Assembly: GCA_052169645.1 (NCBI GenBank)
Contig: JBQNCA010000004.1
Coordinates: 25,801 to 89,800, forward strand
Length of the DNA: 64,000 nucleotides
DNA from: Anaerovoracaceae bacterium
GTDB taxonomy: Bacteria > Bacillota > Clostridia > Peptostreptococcales > Anaerovoracaceae
Reading direction: 5' to 3'
Shown: positions 58,136 through 64,000 of the stretch, piece after piece
Layout of the letters: each line of letters begins with the position of its first letter
Position numbering within the stretch: position 1 is the stretch's first letter
Notes under the pieces: model-generated
Told to the model about the DNA's origin: nothing
Databases searched by the model: none
The model's input: the letters and a program-made list of their open reading frames with translations, nothing else
Translations under genes and position numbers: made by a program

Positions 58136-58540
58136 CTATTCGAATATAACCTTGCCGTCTTCTATAGCACCGAAAATTCCGGAAACTGTAAACTGATCTA
58201 CCGTATAAAACGGCATCATACGAGTTTTTTTAGGCTCACTGTCATAATAAGACATTGCGATTACCGGAGTAGGTATAGGCTCCGCTTTTTCTTTAAGAGC
58301 ATCATCCTCGGGATACAGTTCAACCAAAAATCCCTCGTTTCTTCCATTGCAGCCGTAACCTGTAATCTTCATATCAACAGGTTTACCGAACAGAGAACGA
58401 TCTACAATTTCAGGTTCATTCTGAAAGGTGACGTACAGCGTGTCTACCGAATTTTCGAGCGGTGTACGATATTCTGCATTTTTGAGCTTTGCTATATCTT
58501 CTTCTCCGCAGATAAATGCTCCTATAAGTTCAATTGCCAT
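58136..58540 (-). CDS. hypothetical protein (134 aa, no recognised family)
   Basis: Strong RBS AAGGAGG 6 nt before the ATG. Soluble, with ordinary composition. Confidence 0.6.
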   Translation of the reverse strand: MAIELIGAFICGEEDIAKLKNAEYRTPLENSVDTLYVTFQNEPEIVDRSLFGKPVDMKITGYGCNGRNEGFLVELYPEDDALKEKAEPIPTPVIAMSYYDSEPKKTRMMPFYTVDQFTVSGIFGAIEDGKVIFE

Positions 58541-58622
58541 TTATATCCTCCTTATGCGGCAGCCTTGCGGCTGATTAAAGCTTAAAATATGTTGCTTTTA
58601 TTATTGTAACACGACCTCAATA

Positions 58623-59399
58623 TTATATGGTGCCTTTTTTCATGCACAAGGCAAGCTCGAGAGCGAGCATTGAAATTTCCGTCCTTATTTTATGATTTCC
58701 CTTCTCACCTATATTTCGCATATCCCAAGCTTCATCCGACAGTACGTCCGCCGCATAGAAAAAATGAAACAGCTCTTTGCCTCTGAATGCCGTCACCGCA
58801 GCAGCGGCTGAACATTCCATATCCACACATACGCAACCCTGAGATTTTCTCAATACGAGCTTTCTCTGCGTTTCACGGAAAACAGCGTCCGTAGTCCAAG
58901 TCTTTCCTTTCATATATGGAAATCCTCTATCTTTGAGAAGTTTTTCAAATTCGTTGATATATAAAGGATTTACCTCTATTTCATCCGACGGAGGCACATA
59001 ATGATAGCTTGTGCCTTCATCCCTCAACGCAGCAGTGGGAATTATCACCGAATATTCTGAAATATCGGCATCCAAAACGCCACAAGAGCCGAACATAACT
59101 GTCTTTATAACGCCCATGGCATATAATTCCTCAAGAGCGGCAACACAAGCGGGCGCTCCCATAGGCGAGCGGTAAAGCAAAACCCTTTCGTCTCTGTAAT
59201 TTGCAATGTAGATTCTGCCTGCTAATGATTTACCGTTCATTTCACTAAACGGTTCGGCATTCAGGGCTTCTCTCATAGAGTGAAAAGTTCTGCCCGAAAA
59301 GCAGGTTACTGCAATCTCCGGCAGCTTAGGATTTTTTTCAACCATAAGCTCCGGTTCTACTACAGCCTTGCGGCTTTCATCAAAATCTTCCAGTAACAT
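58623..59399 (-). CDS. nucleoside phosphorylase family protein (PNP_UDP_1 fold)
   Basis: SPMGAPACVAALEEL...FGSCGVL...RDEGTSYHY...VDMECSAAAAV pattern, parallel to the udp-type layout. Confidence 0.7.
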   Translation of the reverse strand: MLLEDFDESRKAVVEPELMVEKNPKLPEIAVTCFSGRTFHSMREALNAEPFSEMNGKSLAGRIYIANYRDERVLLYRSPMGAPACVAALEELYAMGVIKTVMFGSCGVLDADISEYSVIIPTAALRDEGTSYHYVPPSDEIEVNPLYINEFEKLLKDRGFPYMKGKTWTTDAVFRETQRKLVLRKSQGCVCVDMECSAAAAVTAFRGKELFHFFYAADVLSDEAWDMRNIGEKGNHKIRTEISMLALELALCMKKGTI

Positions 59400-59567
59400 A
59401 TTAATTAGTCTCCCTATTTAAACAGATAGAGACTTTTATCTTTACCTGCTTTCAGATAGATTAAATTGTATCGGTTAATGCACTGTATCATACAATTTTC
59501 AATATAAAGTTGCTTTTAAACATTGAATCGTTACAATTTTCTCAACTGCTCCGGTAAATGTAATTGC

Positions 59568-62501
59568 TTATACTCCGCTCATGTTTAGGATAATCTGTTT
59601 GATTTCTTCCGCTTTTACCTCGTCCAAAGCCTTGAATCCGTCCGAAGGTTTGGCTAAATAATATCCCTGTGCCAAGTCTACCTTCAATTTGACCAGAGTT
59701 TCCAAATCTGCACGTTCTTCGATTCCTTCTGCAATTATCATAATATCTCTGGCATGGCAGAATTCTATAAGACTCGACAAAAGTTCTCTTTTTCTGCTGT
59801 CTTCCGATATTCCCTGAATCAAATCCATATCTATTTTTATGATATCCGGATTTAAAGCGAGCACTCGCAGTTCCCCCGAATGACCTTTTCCGAAATCATC
59901 TATAGCCAGCTTAACCCCTGCATCTCTAATCTTAGATACATTTTGCGAGAAATTAATCAGTGAGTCACATTTCGTTTCCGTAACCTCTATTACTAATTTA
60001 TTAAAATCCACAGGATACAATTCTCTGTAATTTTGAAGTTCCTCAAATGTTATCATATAATTAGGAATACTGTTTATAAAAATCTTTGAATCTTTTATAT
60101 CATCCTTATATTTTAAAATTGTCTCAAACGCAACCTTAAAAACCAAACGCTCCAAAACCTTAAGTTTTGAATGGTATTTCGCCACATTCAAAATATCCAA
60201 AGGATTTTTGAAATTGCCCACAGAAGAACGCATCAATGCTTCATATGAATATATACTGCCATCCTTCAGACTTACTATAGGCTGAAATACAAAATAAATG
60301 AGTTCATTTAAAATCAGATTATTTATCATCTCGCCGTTTTCCAAAATATATTTATTTTTGGAATAGCTGTCATAATCGAATTCGTAAATTGCACCTTTTT
60401 CATTTTTCTTAGCCTCATACATTGTAAAATCGGCATATTTCAGGAGCATAGTAGTATTTTTCCCGTCTTTAGGATACCATGAGATGCCCGATGAAAACCT
60501 TACCGCAACCTCTTCGCCCCCTGCTACGGTTATATAGCTGATTTCATCATCCATAATTGTGGTTTTGATTATTTTAAGTAAGCTTTCTCTGTCATCAAAT
60601 CCGTAAATAAACATTGCAAATTCATCGCCTGAAATTCTGGAAACGAGTCCTCCGAATTCGGCAAGCTTATTAAAGCGTTTGCTTGCCTTTTTAATCAATT
60701 CATCTCCTGCTTCATGCCCGTATGTATCATTTACATATTTCAGATTATCAAGATCCGCAAAAATCATAGCTCCTATCATATCGGGATTATGTGCTATAAT
60801 CGAATCGACCTTATCATAAAATGTATTCCGATTATAAAGCCCTGTAAGGAAATCATGCTCCAGCTGATCCCGTAAATTCATCTGCTCTATTACATCATCC
60901 GAAACATCAACTATAACACCTATTATCCCGGTGTCGGTCCGCTTTTCATTTATTCTCAGATATACCGAGTTATTATCTTTTTCAAAACAATACACATTTT
61001 CAAAGCACGTAATATTGCTTATAAGACTTCCGTAAATATTTTCCCACTCGGATTTGCTTATTAAAACATCATTTTGAATGTTCAGCAGTTTGTATATATA
61101 ATCTGTAACATTTACATAGTCTGAGCCGTCCTTAATCTCATATCCGCCTATAGGCATCAAGGACATCTGAAGAATATTGGAGGTTGTCTTTGATGCATTT
61201 AAAACATCCTGATTAAGCTTTTCCAATGTCATTGTAAGGTCGTCAATTTCTTTAAAGCCTATTCTTTCAAATGATACGGATTGATTATATGACGCTGTTT
61301 TCAACGACTTGGTAAGAGCATTTATCTTCTTTGTCGAAAGGTATGCAACAAGGAATATGCATAATATTGAGAATAATGTTGAGCCTATGATAATTGACCA
61401 AATATTCAATCTCACCCTCTCCGAACTGCTGTGCAGTACGGATGTCTGCACAAAGCCTACAAAACTCCATGCTTCGTTATAATACGGGGAATTTCGGCTA
61501 TACATTACCAGAGGTTTAACCGAACAGTACATCTCTCCTATCTGTTTAACGTTTACCGTCGAAACACAAAATTCATTTAATTCGGAAAGCTTCAATTTGT
61601 CCAATTGTGACAATTGCTGCCGTATAAAAGGATTTTGTGCTATCAGCCAGTCAGTTTTTAAATAAGGTCTCTTTACTTCTCCCATTACATAAAAGCTTTT
61701 TTCGTATGGCGCCTCTAAAGAAAAAATATAATGTGAGCTGAAAAAAGAGGATTCTATTTCTATGCCTATTATTCCGAACGGCTGACCGTATTCGTCCAAC
61801 AGAGGAAGCGTATATGTCACCACATCATTGTCGCATAATATCTTAAAAGGCTTTTGCCAATATCCGTACCTCTGTATTTCTGAATTCGGAAACTGTTCAC
61901 ATGCCTGAATCGGTTTTACAAAAAAATCCTTATCCTTCAAGCCCTCATAATTCAATTCATCGTGAGGCCAGTCAACAGCTCCGGATATTCCCAATTCCTT
62001 CAATAACCGAACCGAGCCTGCTTCCATGATCATATTTTCAAGATTCGAATCATAGATATCGGGCGTTGTAGTCCTTATATACACCGCTCCCGTGGAATTA
62101 TCTCCTAAAAAATTTTTCACATCGGGTTTTGAATCGTCTAAAATAAAAAATGCCCCCGTTATATTATTATTCTTCAAAACATCGATTATGACACGACTTC
62201 CTGCAAGCATGGTATCATTGTATTTTCCCGTACCGCTTGTAAAATTATCCGAAGATTCCAATAAGATATTGCTGAGATTTAATGAAACTTCCCCGACCCC
62301 TGATATTAATTTTGCGGAATCCTTATTAAATTTTTGTACTTGATTTTCTATTGCAGTATTGAACATTTTAAATTCATTAGAATCAATCATGTAAAAAACC
62401 TTAGCTATATACAAAGATAATACTAAGAATAGTGTTTGAATACCGATAACCAAAAGCATAGAAAATATCAATCTACTTCTCAGCGAAAAATTTGTTTTCA
62501 A
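59568..62501 (-). CDS. membrane sensor with large extracytoplasmic domain, PAS-like linker, GGDEF (SGDEF) and EAL domains
   Basis: Two TM segments flank about 330 aa. LTGLYNRN...DLDNLKYVNDTYGHEAGD...RISGDEF. EAL set: YEALMRS, NSIP, EVTE, DDFGKG, KIDMDLI, EGIE, QGY. TTG start lies 6 nt after GAGGA. Confidence 0.9.
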   Translation of the reverse strand: MKTNFSLRSRLIFSMLLVIGIQTLFLVLSLYIAKVFYMIDSNEFKMFNTAIENQVQKFNKDSAKLISGVGEVSLNLSNILLESSDNFTSGTGKYNDTMLAGSRVIIDVLKNNNITGAFFILDDSKPDVKNFLGDNSTGAVYIRTTTPDIYDSNLENMIMEAGSVRLLKELGISGAVDWPHDELNYEGLKDKDFFVKPIQACEQFPNSEIQRYGYWQKPFKILCDNDVVTYTLPLLDEYGQPFGIIGIEIESSFFSSHYIFSLEAPYEKSFYVMGEVKRPYLKTDWLIAQNPFIRQQLSQLDKLKLSELNEFCVSTVNVKQIGEMYCSVKPLVMYSRNSPYYNEAWSFVGFVQTSVLHSSSERVRLNIWSIIIGSTLFSILCIFLVAYLSTKKINALTKSLKTASYNQSVSFERIGFKEIDDLTMTLEKLNQDVLNASKTTSNILQMSLMPIGGYEIKDGSDYVNVTDYIYKLLNIQNDVLISKSEWENIYGSLISNITCFENVYCFEKDNNSVYLRINEKRTDTGIIGVIVDVSDDVIEQMNLRDQLEHDFLTGLYNRNTFYDKVDSIIAHNPDMIGAMIFADLDNLKYVNDTYGHEAGDELIKKASKRFNKLAEFGGLVSRISGDEFAMFIYGFDDRESLLKIIKTTIMDDEISYITVAGGEEVAVRFSSGISWYPKDGKNTTMLLKYADFTMYEAKKNEKGAIYEFDYDSYSKNKYILENGEMINNLILNELIYFVFQPIVSLKDGSIYSYEALMRSSVGNFKNPLDILNVAKYHSKLKVLERLVFKVAFETILKYKDDIKDSKIFINSIPNYMITFEELQNYRELYPVDFNKLVIEVTETKCDSLINFSQNVSKIRDAGVKLAIDDFGKGHSGELRVLALNPDIIKIDMDLIQGISEDSRKRELLSSLIEFCHARDIMIIAEGIEERADLETLVKLKVDLAQGYYLAKPSDGFKALDEVKAEEIKQIILNMSGV

Positions 62502-62517
62502 TTTAAATCCTCACAGA

Positions 62518-63951
62518 CTATACTTCCTCATATAGTACGTTTTTCTTCTCAAGTTCAATTTTTATATTATTGATCCAATCTTCAAAAGCCTTATTTGAAT
62601 CGATTTTTGAGTCCGGATTTTTCATATTTTCATCAACCGACGAACGCAAAGTATCCGCTAAAATCGATCTCACCTGATAGCTTCCTATAAACGGTTTTGA
62701 TGCATATGCTCCCGAATCGGCATCGAGAAGCTGATTCATTGCAACCCTGTACACAGCAGCGATATTCTTATCCGACTTTTCTTTATTTTCCATTTCTTTA
62801 AGGACTTTTTCCAAGCTGTCGCTATTGTATATTTTTTTATTTACAGGTAAATATCCTGTACTCATAGCAAATTTCATATTTTGCTCATAGTCGGTAAACC
62901 AATCCAAGAATAATATGGATGCCTCGATTTCTTTAGGTGAAGCTTCAACAACACTCATTCCAGCACCCTGCTGTATATAATAAGAAGATTTACCCTTAAA
63001 ATTAGGATAAGGTAAAACGAGCAAATCTATATCCCTGCGATTTCCGTTATCATCTACCCATGTAGGAAAATACGATGCTCCCGAGGTCGAACCGATATAA
63101 GAAATAATATCCTGAGATTTTATATTATCCGTCCTGAATTTGCCCGATTCGTAAAAATACCCCTTCGTCATAGCTTCGAAATAGATATCAAAAACCTTTC
63201 GCATAGAAGCTTTGTCCAACACGGCTTTTTTATCTTCGGCATCTATTACTTCTACCCCCTGCTGTCTCATTCCTATTATTATAAAATTGGACAGATCATC
63301 CAATCCCGAAAATGCATTCATATTCAATCCGGTTCCCGAAGAAGAAAGAAGCTTATATTCATGATAATTTTTAGAAATTTCAAATATACCTTCCCATGTT
63401 TTCAGGTCTTCATCCGTAAAGTTCGATACTTTCTTATATTCATCCCATGCATTTTTATTTATATAGAAAACCTCTGTACTCTTTACAATAGGAACAGCTA
63501 AAAATCTGTCTTTGTTATACCCTGCTTTTAAAAAGCTGTTAAAAAACTTTGACTTTTGTTCCTTTGTTAAATAGTCGTCCAGGTTTACAAGCTGTCCCAA
63601 TTCATCTATTTCAACGGCTTTATCTATATATGAAGAAAAAATGTTCGGCATAGGATCGGAATTTATAACTCCTTTTGCCGAATTTGTTACAGCATCCTCC
63701 AAGTCTTTGATTCTGCCCTTGCTTACAGCCTCTACATATACGCCTTTTTCAAATCCTACGGTTTCATTAAACTCGGATATCATATTTTCAAACAATTTTT
63801 TACTGTTATCCGAATAATAATGCCATATCACCACAGTTTGCGGATTGTCAGGATCAAGCAGCGATTTATCCTCTGTTTCTTTATCCGAAGTGCATCCGAA
63901 AAATGTTAAAATTACAAGTGATAATAAAATCAACTTCAAGCTTTTTTTCAT
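62518..63951 (-). CDS. extracellular solute-binding lipoprotein (ABC SBP family 1 type)
   Basis: Lipobox FFGCTS. About 450-aa bilobed SBP-like sequence. No permease or ATPase gene follows; instead the GGDEF-EAL sensor starts 17 nt downstream. Confidence 0.8.
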   Translation of the reverse strand: MKKSLKLILLSLVILTFFGCTSDKETEDKSLLDPDNPQTVVIWHYYSDNSKKLFENMISEFNETVGFEKGVYVEAVSKGRIKDLEDAVTNSAKGVINSDPMPNIFSSYIDKAVEIDELGQLVNLDDYLTKEQKSKFFNSFLKAGYNKDRFLAVPIVKSTEVFYINKNAWDEYKKVSNFTDEDLKTWEGIFEISKNYHEYKLLSSSGTGLNMNAFSGLDDLSNFIIIGMRQQGVEVIDAEDKKAVLDKASMRKVFDIYFEAMTKGYFYESGKFRTDNIKSQDIISYIGSTSGASYFPTWVDDNGNRRDIDLLVLPYPNFKGKSSYYIQQGAGMSVVEASPKEIEASILFLDWFTDYEQNMKFAMSTGYLPVNKKIYNSDSLEKVLKEMENKEKSDKNIAAVYRVAMNQLLDADSGAYASKPFIGSYQVRSILADTLRSSVDENMKNPDSKIDSNKAFEDWINNIKIELEKKNVLYEEV

Positions 63952-64000
63952 AACTGAATTCCTTTTTGATTATTTTATTTAATAAGAGATATGCTTATCT

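Overview
This is a 64-kb chromosomal window from a low-to-moderate-GC Firmicute of the Clostridia type. That placement is inferred from SLH-anchored wall proteins, a GerMN lipoprotein, an ECF FolT gene behind a THF riboswitch, and class-1B PyrD/PyrK. About 50 real genes are present, most on the minus strand and mostly housekeeping. From left to right: a YtrA-type regulator and a small secreted peptide. A folate/C1 island follows (MTHFS, folT-folC behind a THF riboswitch, folD-fhs). Next come a FecCD-type ABC importer and a long minus-strand run of mscS-pyrBICFKDE, an orphan DNA methyltransferase, a cca::thiamine-pyrophosphokinase fusion, cpsB and an SLH glycosidase-like protein. Then plsC, a cell-wall amidase, an accessory-looking block (31.3-36.5 kb), thrC, a K+/H+ antiporter, ahcY, udp, glmS, pfkA, dnaE, mfd-pth-prs-glmU, and finally a binding-protein plus GGDEF-EAL sensor pair. 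No mobile elements, CRISPR arrays, rRNA or tRNA genes were seen. The best candidate for an undescribed system is at 32555-35128. It is one ORF fusing a complete TetM/EF-G-type translational GTPase to a YacP/Rae1-type NYN endoribonuclease, and it appears co-transcribed with a membrane-anchored protein. Secondary curiosities: the cca-TPK fusion with a duplicated leader, the orphan beta-class methyltransferase at the end of the pyr operon, a secreted nuclease with a downstream EF-hand repeat protein, a dispersed ~85-100 bp intergenic repeat family, and a 680-bp AT-rich gap with a terminator-like hairpin. All domain calls come from reading motifs by eye. No searches or GC calculations were run.
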